DNA of 64,000 bases from Histomonas meleagridis 2922-C6/04-290x (Eukaryota; Protista; Parabasalia): contig JAANOX010000201.1 in NCBI GenBank assembly GCA_020184695.1, positions 13,718 through 77,717 of the forward strand, written 5' to 3'. Position 1 is the first letter of the stretch. Every line of letters begins with the position of its first letter. Of the stretch, positions 1 through 10,439 are shown in pieces. The notes below the pieces were generated by a model. It was not told the DNA's origin. It did not search any database and worked only from the letters and a program-made list of their open reading frames with translations. A program made the translations under genes and the position numbers.

Positions 1-86
1 GTCTTAATGCAATTGATGCTATGGATGATGGTGATCAACAAAATCCGGCTGATATGTACGTGAGTACTTTATTCACTGATATTTGA
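1..86 (+). CDS. possible 3' end of a gene entering from outside the window
   Basis: Open frame from position 3 reads LNAIDAMDDGDQQNPADMYVSTLFTDI* with coding-like composition; too short to identify. Confidence 0.25.
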   Translation, partial: LNAIDAMDDGDQQNPADMYVSTLFTDI

Positions 87-159
87 ATAAAAAACAGTGA
101 AAGTAGAAAAATAAAACGTTTAATTAATAAACGGCTTCTGTTGACCGTTTAATATTGGA

Positions 160-1311
160 ATGGAACCATCGCTTATAAGGAATTTCTTTGTAAAAAGTGG
201 TTCTGTTAATTGTGCTTGTATCACTTCAGATGGTAAGTGTATTGTTGCCGGATCTTCGTTAGGATATGTTTTTTTATTCCCGATTGATAAATCAATAAAA
301 CCAAAAAAATTATCTGGACATAATGGATCTGTTACATATATTTCGCCTATTGGTAATAATTCTGATTTTGTTACTGGAAGTGATGATAATACTATTCGTA
401 TTTGGAAAGATGAAAATCAAAGTATTATTAGACCAAATTTAGGGAACATTATTTCTGTTTCAGTAGCAGCACGAAAGGGATTTATATTAGTTGTGGGAGA
501 AGAAAGAAATCCTATAATTTATGATATGAATGGATCAATTATTTCTTCAATTGAATGTGAGCTTCATCAAATTACATGTAGTGCAATTTCCGATGATGCC
601 ACTATATGCGCTTTCGGTTCAGCAAATGGGAAATGTTTAATTTATAATATTTCTTCCCAAAAGTTCATCTTTACACTTGATGTTAACGATGAAATTACCG
701 GAATCACTATCAGTTCAGTCCAAAAACTTGTTGCGATTGGTAACTCTGATGGATATATTGCAATATTTGATTTAAATTCCAATAAATTTATTAATTCACG
801 AATTCATGATTCATCAGTTACATCACTTTCATTCCATCCGACAGAACCAATTATTTTAAGTGGCTCTTCTGATGGAATCTTACGAATAACGAAACATCTT
901 AAAATTATTTACACAATTTTCGCACATAAGAACTCAATAACTGATTTAAGGTTTTCCAAATCAGGCGAAATGTTTGTTTCATGTGCTCTTGACAAAGGAA
1001 TTTTCCTATGGAATTCACCAAATATTTATGAAACAGTTGAAGAAGAAGAAGAAATTTTTGATTATGATGAAATAATTGAAGATTTTCCTAAATATGACAT
1101 TAAAAATAATGCTGAAAAAGAAAATTCTGATCTTAAAGATGAAATTCTTAATCAACAAAAGAAATTTATGTTTGATTTCATGGAAAAAATAAAAAATTTA
1201 ACTGATGTAATAGAAGAATTAGAAAAGAAAATGGAAAAAATTAATAATAAAATTTCATTGTTAGAGAAAGCTGAAAACGAAAAGAAAAATCTTGTTAAAA
1301 GAAACTATTAA
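160..1311 (+). CDS. POC1: WD40-repeat protein with C-terminal coiled coil, POC1-like centriolar protein
   Basis: N-terminus MEPSLIRNF resembles the POC1 DPSLERHF start; WD repeats (GHNGSV...GSDDNTIRIW, AHKNSITDLRFS...DKGIFLW); acidic linker then heptad coiled coil (IKNLTDVIEELEKKMEKINNKISLLE). Confidence 0.65.
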   Translation: MEPSLIRNFFVKSGSVNCACITSDGKCIVAGSSLGYVFLFPIDKSIKPKKLSGHNGSVTYISPIGNNSDFVTGSDDNTIRIWKDENQSIIRPNLGNIISVSVAARKGFILVVGEERNPIIYDMNGSIISSIECELHQITCSAISDDATICAFGSANGKCLIYNISSQKFIFTLDVNDEITGITISSVQKLVAIGNSDGYIAIFDLNSNKFINSRIHDSSVTSLSFHPTEPIILSGSSDGILRITKHLKIIYTIFAHKNSITDLRFSKSGEMFVSCALDKGIFLWNSPNIYETVEEEEEIFDYDEIIEDFPKYDIKNNAEKENSDLKDEILNQQKKFMFDFMEKIKNLTDVIEELEKKMEKINNKISLLEKAENEKKNLVKRNY

Positions 1312-1441
1312 TTTATTTTGTTTAATTCAAAAATTAATTGTATATCATTTTTACTGATAGAAACGAATAAACTTTTTGGTAAACGATAAATTTTTAAAAG
1401 TGCGCCTTTGAAAAGTGTTTGAACGATAAAAATACCGTCAA

Positions 1442-3298
1442 ATGAATCAGTATGTGAGGCAATTAAGGCAACAAGAGCCTATTAATTGGGAAATAACAAG
1501 TAATATTTGGCGAAACCTTATGGGTACAAAAATTGAAATAAAATTTTCAGAATTTTTTGATGAAATCGTTGACGAATTTATTAAATCACCAAAAGAATTC
1601 CTTAATCAAATAAAAAAATCTCAAACCGAACCAGCAAAAATACTAGCAGATTTTTTATCGCTTGATATAGTCACTAGATCTATTCACTTCTTCTCATTTT
1701 TTAGATTTATATTTGATTTCACCAAATTGGAAAAATTTGTTTGTCAGACAAACTTCGAGCCTTCTCATTTTAAAGAACATTTTGGTGACAGAACCAGTAT
1801 TTTATTCAATTCAATTTGTTATTTATACAAAAAAATGACAACATCATTAAATCATTCAATATTTCCTAAGTACGCACTGAAAACTATTCGACTGTTTTCC
1901 AAGCTTCTTGTCCCTGAAGGATATAGACAATTCACTTCTACTAATTTCAGATTACAATTTGTTTACATATCACCTGTTTTCTATACAAAAAACAAATCTC
2001 CTAAAGCTCAGGGATACTGTTGTATTGGTGAGAAAGGAGATTTTGTAATTCTTGATACCACACCTGATAATAAATTAATTGATAAATTCGATCAGAACTC
2101 CTACACTGGTATGGTAGATGAGGAGCATATTCTCTTCTATCAGAATGACATGACACCTGTCATAAAGCTTGAATTTCCAACACCTGATAATGCTAATGAC
2201 GCTTTTATTTTCTCAATAACACCACCAGAGCCTGGGCTTATGCATATTATCAGTTTTCTTCATTCATTTTCTGCTGTTTCACAGCAACAAAGATTATTTG
2301 GAAATTCATCACTCCCAAAAATCTTTAAAACTGAAGTTCAAAAAGTCATAGAAACCCCAACAATGGAACTTTTACTTTATGCCTTTGCAACTCCACAAAA
2401 AATTTCCAAAATCAATGAGAAAACCATTGATTTCTTTATCTCAGCACTTGGAGACAAACTAATGCCATTCATTCGTGCATTAATTCATATGGTTTGGAGT
2501 GAAGAACCATTTGGAGGAAGTATTATATTGAGACATGATTCACCGCTTTCTTCATTATTACGTTTAATACTTAAGTTTTACTGTGGTGACTATCTTTCAT
2601 ATATGGAAGCTGAGATTAAAAGCATAATTGAGGAATCAAATGATTTTATTCGTGAAATGCCTATATCAAATAATGAGGATGCCTTAGCTTTTATTGACCA
2701 TGTGTTTAACCCTGAAATAAATCTTTTCTTTGGTTCTGTTGATCATAAAATGTCATCTACTTTAAGAAGTATAATTCGTGTAGTCTTTATAAGAACTGCC
2801 GGATTTTACATAAACCAACATGCCCCTTATTTGGTTATCCCTAATCTAATGTTGTTAAGATTTTTGCTTCCTCATATGACAACCAAAATTTCACTTGCAT
2901 TCCCATCAGGCTCAAAAGTTCAATCGATTTCAAAGCTGGCGGCTTCATCGTTTTTATCGTTGTTCTATCGTAACGGTTGGACATCTGATCCGTTTTTGTC
3001 GAAGTTTGGCAAGTTTATGGAAAAGTACTATTATGAATCTGTTCGATTCGCTATTCATGTTATAGATTGTCATAAATGGGAATTTGAAAACACTGATACA
3101 TACTTGGATGATAAATGGGATTTAATAGATTTGCTTGGTGATGCAGCAAATAATTTGATTTTGATGAATATGAAAAGTCCAAATAAGATATTGAATACAC
3201 ATATATATAGCATTTCTATAATGCAAATGATAGAGGAATACACATATGATTTCTCTATTTTGAGCACAGAGAGCTGGAAAAAAGATCAATTCATCTAA
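1442..3298 (+). CDS. divergent RasGAP-domain protein
   Basis: ILRHDSPLSSLLRLILKFYCGDYL aligns by eye to the RasGAP arginine-finger segment (LFRGNS...); NLMLLRFLLP matches the FLRFFxP signature; SISKLAAS matches the LxKxLQ helix. Confidence 0.65.
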   Translation: MNQYVRQLRQQEPINWEITSNIWRNLMGTKIEIKFSEFFDEIVDEFIKSPKEFLNQIKKSQTEPAKILADFLSLDIVTRSIHFFSFFRFIFDFTKLEKFVCQTNFEPSHFKEHFGDRTSILFNSICYLYKKMTTSLNHSIFPKYALKTIRLFSKLLVPEGYRQFTSTNFRLQFVYISPVFYTKNKSPKAQGYCCIGEKGDFVILDTTPDNKLIDKFDQNSYTGMVDEEHILFYQNDMTPVIKLEFPTPDNANDAFIFSITPPEPGLMHIISFLHSFSAVSQQQRLFGNSSLPKIFKTEVQKVIETPTMELLLYAFATPQKISKINEKTIDFFISALGDKLMPFIRALIHMVWSEEPFGGSIILRHDSPLSSLLRLILKFYCGDYLSYMEAEIKSIIEESNDFIREMPISNNEDALAFIDHVFNPEINLFFGSVDHKMSSTLRSIIRVVFIRTAGFYINQHAPYLVIPNLMLLRFLLPHMTTKISLAFPSGSKVQSISKLAASSFLSLFYRNGWTSDPFLSKFGKFMEKYYYESVRFAIHVIDCHKWEFENTDTYLDDKWDLIDLLGDAANNLILMNMKSPNKILNTHIYSISIMQMIEEYTYDFSILSTESWKKDQFI

Positions 3299-3415
3299 TG
3301 TTTCAATATGATCATTTTTAATATTAACATCAATTCTTTCCTGTTCAAGAAGTAATTTAACTGTTTCAATATGACCATTTTGAAATGCATAATAAAGTGC
3401 TGTTCTAAATAATTT

Positions 3416-3483
3416 AAATAAATTTCAAATATTATTTTGAAATATTAAATTATTAAAATAAATATCAAATATAACAAATAAAT
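3416..3483 (-). other. 68-nt insertion in an ankyrin-repeat linker (candidate non-canonical intron, long family)
   Basis: 80 nt between the D and T codons; insert ATTTATTTGTT...CAAAATAATATTTGAAATTTATTT; removal gives QD-KLFR-TAL. Confidence 0.65.
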
Positions 3484-3585
3484 ATCTTGAGCATTAATCT
3501 CAATATCTTTTTGTACAAGAAGTAATTCAACAATTTCTCTATAACCTCTTTTAGATGCTATTATCAGTGTCGTTTTAAATAAATT

Positions 3586-3620
3586 TGAAACAAAGATTTT
3601 AAATTATCAAAACAAAATTC
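3586..3620 (-). other. 35-nt insertion in an ankyrin-repeat linker (candidate non-canonical intron)
   Basis: 47 nt between the Q-N codons and the T-T-L codons, versus 12 nt expected; removing 35 nt restores frame (QN-NLFK-TTL). Boundaries can slide by a few nt. Confidence 0.55.
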
Positions 3621-4506
3621 ATTTTGAGCATTAATCTCAATATCTTTTTTCTCAAGAACATATTTAACAAGCTCAACATTTCCTGATAAAACTGAATACG
3701 GCAATATAAATCTTGGCAATTTAATTCCCAAATGAAGTTCTTTAAATATATATATAAAACTATGTGATGCAAATTCTAAAATAAGTTTATCATTAATTTT
3801 AATATTAATTATATAAAACTTTCAAAAAACAATTGGGAACTTCATAAACAATATATTAAGGAAGGGCATAATCCAGATGAAATTGCGAAAATAATTAGAA
3901 ATGATGAAATCGAAAAGCTTCAAGAAATATCATCACAAACAAATTTTGATTTTAATCAAAAAATCGAACCATCACTTTATGAAAGATATTCATTTATCAA
4001 TACAAAAAATGTTACATTAATTGATTATGCAGCATTTTTTTCATCAGTTAAATGTTTTAAATATTTACTTATGAATGATGCTAATATAGAAAACACAGGT
4101 AAATATGCAGTTGCAGGTGAAAATATTGAAATTATTCATTTACGTGAACAAAATCATTCATCATTTGAAGATGCATATGAAACTGCAATTATATTTCATC
4201 ATAATGATATCTTTAAATATCTTTATGAAAAAAAAAATTGGAAGAAAAATCAGACAATGATTTGATAGTTTATTGTATTAAAAGTGGATATTATGAAGTT
4301 CTTTCATTTTTAGAAGAAAAATGAATGATAATTAATGCTAATATCATTAATGAAACAGAAGAGATTGGAAATTTATTTCTTATTAAACATTTTCTCAAAA
4401 ATACAAAAATTCCAAAAAATATTTTTATTTTTGGTATGGAATCAGGTAATGTTGAAATGATTAAATATATTCTCGAACAAATGGAATTGATATTAATGCT
4501 AAAAAT

Positions 4507-4574
4507 ATTTATTTGTTTTATTTGATATTAATATTAATAATTTGATATTATAAAGTAATATTTGGAAATTATTA
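4507..4574 (+). other. 68-nt insertion in an ankyrin-repeat linker (long family)
   Basis: 80 nt between the K-N and T-A-L codons; insert ATTTATTTGTT...AAAGTAATATTTGGAAATTATTA; removal gives KN-KIFK-TAL. Confidence 0.65.
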
Positions 4575-4676
4575 AAAATATTTAAAACAGCACTTATGTT
4601 TGCATCTGAATATGGTGATATAGAAATAGTTAAATTACTTCTTGAACAAGAAGGAATTAACATAAATGATAAAGAC

Positions 4677-4745
4677 ATTTAATCTTTTTTATATAATTTT
4701 TATTATGATAATTTTCTATTTCAAAATAATATTTGGAAATTATTT
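4677..4745 (+). other. 69-nt insertion in an ankyrin-repeat linker (long family)
   Basis: 81 nt between the K-D and T-A-L codons with an immediate in-frame TAA; insert ATTTAATC...CAAAATAATATTTGGAAATTATTT; removal gives KD-KLFK-TAL. Confidence 0.65.
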
Positions 4746-6373
4746 AAATTATTTAAAACAGCACTTATGAAAGCATCTTCAAAAGGTTATACAAAAATAG
4801 TTGAATTACTAAATGAAAAAGGGGCTATTTAAAATTTTAAATATTAATTGGTTCCAGATCCTGCATAAATTGAGTAAATGCTCTTTCAAATACCTTATCT
4901 TTTCGCATTTTGAAGTTTTTTGTTCAACAAATAACTATTAATATCAATATGTTTGTTGTTCTCCGTATTTCTTCAATTTTTTGTTTTATTGGTTAGAGTA
5001 CTTTTTTATTTTTTCTTCTCTAATTTTTCGATCTCATCATCCAATCTCTCTCTGAGCAAATTTGTTTTCGTTTTCTTGTGTTTAGCCATAAGTTCTTTCA
5101 GCTCCTTCTCTTTTCCCTTCATTTTCAAGTTGAGTTGCTTCATCACTTATTTTAACAACGTTTGAAATGACCTTGGTATGTATGTTTCTTCTAAATGTTT
5201 AAGTTTCTTTAAATTAGAGAGAAACTTTGGTTTCTCGACCCAAAAATAAGTAAAGTTCACTTCCTATGAATTTTTGTTCAAGAATTATCATTTTATTATT
5301 TCCGTAGGTTCCACGTTACCGATCACTGCCTGTGAAAACAGTGCAATTCACGACATATTTTCTCAGCTCAATGAGTTAAATCGTTTATTAACACGTCATC
5401 AATCAAATTGTTGGGCACAATACCATTGCAACTTTGTAACATTGCACAAAACCTTCGGAATTCAACTTATCATTTAGGTCCAGAAGGATCTTTATTTTTC
5501 GAGCCTGATCCACAGAAATGGGTACAGTTTCATATATTAGATCTGAAAGCTATTTCAGTATCATTTCATAATTACATTAATTCCAATACAAAGAAAAGAT
5601 CAAAATCAGTGATAAAATATTAAAGAAATTTAATGGAATGTTGAGTTTATTTGAAATATCCCAAGTCTTATTTATGTGTAACAATGATGAAGATGAAGCC
5701 ATGCCCATACTTCGTACTATGATTTGATGATTATTAAATATGTGTATATTCATTTTTATAGTTTTTCAAAATGAAAAAATTAATACCAAAGTATAACTTT
5801 TGATTTGTAATAATATGGAAAATTTTGAATAAAAGTATCAATAGATTTCTCATTTTTGATGAAATTTTATAGCTGCAATGTAGGGAGCATCTGAAATATC
5901 AATTGTTCCAATAAATTTTATGTTTGGAATTTGATTAGTGATTCTACCATTTTTAATTATATAACTAACTATAATGCACTATCTTATTTATTGGTGTTAT
6001 CTTATCTTCAAATATAAACTTACCTTTTCCAAATTACTACAGATAGATTCATCAAATTTTTATTTCTTTTCATTAGCGAATATTTCCCAGATTTTCGGTT
6101 GAATTCATTATATGCATCAATTAACATTAGAATATATTCTTTTTGGAAATTTCTAGAACCTATTTTTTTATACAAAGAAATGCATTTCCGAAAAGTGATA
6201 TGAATTTTTGTAAAAAAATCAAAATTGACAATACTGTATCGGCAGCCGATGAAAAAGTGTTAATTCACAATGAACATTATTTCGAAGATTTCAGAAACTC
6301 GAAAAGTGTTTGGAAATTTTTACGATTGACAAAAAATAATGAGCAATATAATGTGCATAATATTTTTATTATT

Positions 6374-6670
6374 TTATTGTAACTTTAGTTCAAGCACTTG
6401 TTTAAATTTTGTTTCTGTCGTTTGTTTCTTATTTCTGTTGAACATAAATATTACAATTCCGACAATTATCAAAACTATCACAATAGCGCCGCATATAATG
6501 CCAATTAACAATTCATTTGATATCGAATTATCTTTTGGTGTAACATCACTGACAACTAATGTATAAAAGTCATAATAATAACTATAATAAGACGAATAAT
6601 ATATAACAGTGTAATCGTAATAAATGACATTTGTCGATATATAACTATAAGTGGATGCAAATGTTAACAA
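6374..6670 (-). pseudogene. orphan C-terminal remnant of a single-pass surface protein
   Basis: Tyr/Ser-rich stalk (TYSYISTNVIYYDYTVIYYSSYYSYYY), TM helix (LLIGIICGAIVIVLIIVGIVIFMF), basic stop-transfer segment; no ATG and an in-frame stop just upstream. Confidence 0.55.
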
Positions 6671-6767
6671 TGAAATTGTATTTATATCCTTACCAAAATT
6701 TCAGTCTTTAATCAAAAAAGTGACTCTAACGGTTTCATGAACTTTTATTTGAATTTGGCGGTTAGCA

Positions 6768-9700
6768 ATGCCGATAGAAATACTAATGTTATTTTTTTTA
6801 ATGTCGATGCATTCCAACTTGCACGTTTACGACAAGAAACACATCATACGCAAATTCGAAAAGTATCTCACGCTCATTCAAACGCAGCGGGTTGTTTCGT
6901 TCCAACCGGCAAAGAATGAGTTATTTTGCCGCAATGCGACTGCAAGTCACAAACTTCCTTCCACATTAGACTACGAATGGGAGTGCGTTGATACCTCAAA
7001 TGGATTCAACTTCAATAAAACTCAATATCAATGGTTTGCATTTCAAGGAGATCTAACTCAGCCAGAGAACTTTGATCCAACGCAACATTTCCTTCACTTC
7101 GACTTCGTCATCGACCGAAAGTTCACAGTGCGTCCGTGGGACGACGAATTTCCGGCAGGTCCCGAAGGAAGATTTTGGATCAATGGGAAGCCGATTGCAG
7201 CGATTGACGAGTTCCATCACGGCGCAATGATCACAGAGCTCGGGCACGTTGAGTTGCGAATATTCACAGCGCGTTGTGAGAGTAATCATTTCCTATCACG
7301 ATTTGGTGTCAGTTGTGTTCATAAAGACACTGAATCACTTTATCAACGAATTCGTTTTCTGATTTCAGTCATCAAAGAACTCGATGAAGATAATGTTGAC
7401 AAACCGAATCTCATTCGCATCATCGATGAAACAGTACGTAAACTCGACATTCGAGACTTAAGTGATCCGATTCCATTAAAAGATATTCGCCGACATGATA
7501 AAGATCGAGTAGCGTTTTATAACAGTGTTCCATCTGCATTAGCATATCTTAAGTCATCACTTAGTTCATTACCAAAGACAACAGAATTAGATCCGTCAGT
7601 ATCAGTTATTGGATATAGTCACATTGATACATGTTGGGAATGGCCGTATTCATTATCACATTTCAAGTCAGCGAATACTGCGATTTCTATGATACATTTA
7701 ATGGAACATCCTCCGATTGATTGTGATAATGTCCAATGGCATTTCTTAGCTACGTCAGCGCAACATTATAAATGGCTCAAGAAAGATTCTCCCGAAATAT
7801 ATGCGAAAGTTGTGGAGAAAATTAAAGAAGGAAGATGGGAACCAAATGGCGTAATGTGGGTTGAGTCAGATATTAATAATCCAAATGGGGAATCATTAAT
7901 TCGGCAACTTATAATGGGAATTCGATTCTTCAAAAAAGAATTCGATATAAAACAAACAGTGCTATTTTTGCCTGATTGTTTTGGATTTAGTGCAAGTTTA
8001 CCTCAGATACTTAGAAAGGCAGGAATCGAATGTTTTGTGACATCTAAAATTTCATGGTGCGAATATACAAAATTCCCTCATTCGACTTTCATATGGAGAG
8101 GAATTGATGGAAGTGATGTAACTGCACATTTTATAACGACTCCAAGTTCGTGGAGTTATCAAACTTCAACTTATACAGGCGTATCGAATGCTTATGAATT
8201 AATTGGTACTTATAAACAATATAAACAAAAAGATATACTTAAAGATTCTGCATTACATACTTCTGGTAATGGTGATGGAGGTGGAGGAATTACTGAAGAA
8301 ATGGTTTGGAATTTGAATTTAATGAATGAATTACCAAAAATTAATAATGTGCCAAAATTAGTTTTCCCAACTTTAACTGAATTATTCGAAGAAATTTTAC
8401 AAAAGAAAAATCAATTACCGATTTGGGATGATGAATTATATTTGGAATATCATAGAGGAACTTATACAACACAAGAAGAAGTGAAAAGAATTAATAGAGA
8501 ATTAGAAGCAAGTCTTCATAATGCTGAATGGTTCATTGTAATATTAAGTTCATTATATAAATTGGATTTTTCTGATGTTTTAACCGAATTAGAAAATATT
8601 TGGGAGAAAACTTTGTTATTCCAATTCCATGATGCTGTTCCTGGCTCATCAATTAATGAAGCAAATCAAGAAATTCTCAAAAAAGGTGAAAAATGTCTAC
8701 AGAAAATTAAAACAATTATTCAAACATTAGCAAATAAACTTTCTTCTTATATACCTTCTAAAGATGACGACACCATAATTTTCAATACTTTATCGCACGA
8801 ACGATCAGTTTGTGAACAAAAAGTAAAAAGTTGTGGATGGACTATTAAATCACCAAATACTATTATTAAAATTGATGATATCGAAACTACGACATATGAG
8901 AAAACATTAGAAGATAATTATAATGTTCATACACATAATCATCAATTTATAGAATCGACAATTCCACCACATAATAATCCGGAAATTATTATTAATTCCA
9001 AGAAGAAAACAGTTACAACACCTTTCTTAAATATTATATTTGATGAAAATGGTCTAATTACTTCAATAATAGATCGTAAAACAGAACGTCAATATCTTTC
9101 TTCACCAGCAAATTTGTTTGAACTTTATGAAGATCGACCAATAAATTGGCCTGCATGGGATATACAATTATATCATAAAGAAATGCAAATTGATTCGCCG
9201 ATTTTCGATGGTTATGAATTTAATGATGATAAAGTTATACTTCGTTATCATATATCTAAACCTGGTAATGGTAGTGCAGAAATAACAACAATTGAACAAA
9301 TTATAACTTTCTCAAGTACAGGCCCATACATTGATTTTAAGACTATTGTTAATTGGACACAACATGATAAACTTCTTAAGGTTACATTCCCAACTACAAT
9401 ACGTTCAAGATATGCAAAGTTTGGAATACAATTTGGTAATATACAACGTCCGACACATTCGAATACTAAAAGAGATATGGCTAAATTCGAAACATATGGA
9501 AGATGGGCAGAACTTAGTGATAGTTCAAGTGGTGTATATATATGTAGTGATGTAAAATGTGGTTATGATGTCCATGAAAATATAATGCGATTATCATTAC
9601 TTAAAGCTCCAATGCAAACTGATAAATGGGCTGACTTCGGGAAGAGAAAGTTTAATTATAGAGTATGTTTCGGCCAAAATATTAATATAGTACATTTATC

Positions 9701-10088
9701 TAATGAAATTAATAACCCAATTGTTATTTCAAAGGATGTTAAAAAAGATGAAATTAAACAAACATTAAGTGTGGATGCTTCTTTTGTAGAAGTAAATGAT
9801 GATAATGTTATTATAGAAACTTTAAAGCCTTCTTATGCAAATCCTAAAGATTGTTTCATTGTAAGAATGTATGAAGCGTCTGGAAGTTGGAGAAAATGCG
9901 AAGTAAAGTTCCCATTATTAAAAGCAAATGAATGGGATATATATGAAGTGGATCTTCTAGAAGAAAAAATCGATGGAACAAAACAAATTAAAACAAGCAA
10001 AGGTGGATTCGCGAGTTTCGAAGTTGAAATGAATGCATTTGAATTAAAGTCTATTGCTATGTACCGCAAGTCCAAATTAGAGTTATGA
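6768..10088 (+). CDS. glycoside hydrolase family 38 alpha-mannosidase (MAN2C1/Ams1-like)
   Basis: GH38 motifs SHIDTCW, FLPDCFGFS, GDGGGG, ELYLEYHRGTYT and QFHDAVPGSSI; C-terminal beta-sandwich; 1106 aa. Confidence 0.93.
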   Translation: MPIEILMLFFLMSMHSNLHVYDKKHIIRKFEKYLTLIQTQRVVSFQPAKNELFCRNATASHKLPSTLDYEWECVDTSNGFNFNKTQYQWFAFQGDLTQPENFDPTQHFLHFDFVIDRKFTVRPWDDEFPAGPEGRFWINGKPIAAIDEFHHGAMITELGHVELRIFTARCESNHFLSRFGVSCVHKDTESLYQRIRFLISVIKELDEDNVDKPNLIRIIDETVRKLDIRDLSDPIPLKDIRRHDKDRVAFYNSVPSALAYLKSSLSSLPKTTELDPSVSVIGYSHIDTCWEWPYSLSHFKSANTAISMIHLMEHPPIDCDNVQWHFLATSAQHYKWLKKDSPEIYAKVVEKIKEGRWEPNGVMWVESDINNPNGESLIRQLIMGIRFFKKEFDIKQTVLFLPDCFGFSASLPQILRKAGIECFVTSKISWCEYTKFPHSTFIWRGIDGSDVTAHFITTPSSWSYQTSTYTGVSNAYELIGTYKQYKQKDILKDSALHTSGNGDGGGGITEEMVWNLNLMNELPKINNVPKLVFPTLTELFEEILQKKNQLPIWDDELYLEYHRGTYTTQEEVKRINRELEASLHNAEWFIVILSSLYKLDFSDVLTELENIWEKTLLFQFHDAVPGSSINEANQEILKKGEKCLQKIKTIIQTLANKLSSYIPSKDDDTIIFNTLSHERSVCEQKVKSCGWTIKSPNTIIKIDDIETTTYEKTLEDNYNVHTHNHQFIESTIPPHNNPEIIINSKKKTVTTPFLNIIFDENGLITSIIDRKTERQYLSSPANLFELYEDRPINWPAWDIQLYHKEMQIDSPIFDGYEFNDDKVILRYHISKPGNGSAEITTIEQIITFSSTGPYIDFKTIVNWTQHDKLLKVTFPTTIRSRYAKFGIQFGNIQRPTHSNTKRDMAKFETYGRWAELSDSSSGVYICSDVKCGYDVHENIMRLSLLKAPMQTDKWADFGKRKFNYRVCFGQNINIVHLSNEINNPIVISKDVKKDEIKQTLSVDASFVEVNDDNVIIETLKPSYANPKDCFIVRMYEASGSWRKCEVKFPLLKANEWDIYEVDLLEEKIDGTKQIKTSKGGFASFEVEMNAFELKSIAMYRKSKLEL

Positions 10089-10103
10089 AACAAAAAAAAT
10101 ATT

Positions 10104-10439
10104 TTAAAGCTTCCGAATATATCCCATTGAAGTTTCAAGCTTTTGAAGGAGCTCAACAGTGGCTGCCTTTTTGTTGGTAACAATGTTCATTTGTGAATCT
10201 TTTAACTTCATTAATGCTTCAAATAGATTCTGTGATGCTAAAATTGTTCTTTCAAATAACTCAGAAACTTGCTTCATTTGTTCACCAATCATATCAATAA
10301 TAGCAGTGTCATTGGCTTCAATTTCACTGATGATCCTGTCAACTCTTTGTGCTACATCTGCACTGGTGATTTGCTCGTTTTCATTCGTGTTTAAGATCTC
10401 TAAGTACTCATCACTAGGGAAAGGAATTTCGGAATTCAT
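10104..10439 (-). CDS. small alpha-helical/coiled-coil hypothetical protein
   Basis: 111-aa ATG ORF with helical, coding-like composition; its stop lies 15 nt from the convergent mannosidase stop. Confidence 0.6.
   Translation of the reverse strand: MNSEIPFPSDEYLEILNTNENEQITSADVAQRVDRIISEIEANDTAIIDMIGEQMKQVSELFERTILASQNLFEALMKLKDSQMNIVTNKKAATVELLQKLETSMGYIRKL

Larger units (their letters stand above)
3295..3748 (-). pseudogene. ankyrin-repeat gene fragment missed by the ORF track, containing two insertions
   Basis: Minus strand reads IFKELHLGIKLPRFILPYSVLSGNVELVKYVLEKKDIEINAQN / LFKTTLIIASKRGYREIVELLLVQKDIEINAQD / LFRTALYYAFQNGHIETVKLLLEQERIDVNIK; no start codon; truncated at both ends. Confidence 0.8.
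3760..4832 (+). pseudogene. 5'-truncated trichomonad DUF3447-type ankyrin gene with frameshifts and two insertions
   Basis: Reads NWELHKQYIKEGHNPDEIAKIIRNDEIEKLQ...LIDYAAFFSSVKCFKYLL...YAVAGENIEIIH...AIIFHHNDIF, then ankyrin repeats TALMFASEYGDIEIVKLLLEQEGININDKD and TALMKASSKGYTKIVELL; frameshifts near 4235, 4320 and 4480. Confidence 0.8.

Noticed and set aside
60-97. GTGAGT...CACTGAT...AAACAG followed by TGA, a possible 38-nt intron just before a stop codon
   Set aside because: The upstream gene is outside the window, the unspliced frame also ends normally at 86, and the parabasalid ACTAAC motif is absent; it cannot be supported.
4677-4760. Ribosomal bypassing (take-off and landing codons) as an explanation of the ankyrin inserts
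   Set aside because: No matching in-frame landing codon at the position that would restore the 4-residue linker; not consistent across inserts.
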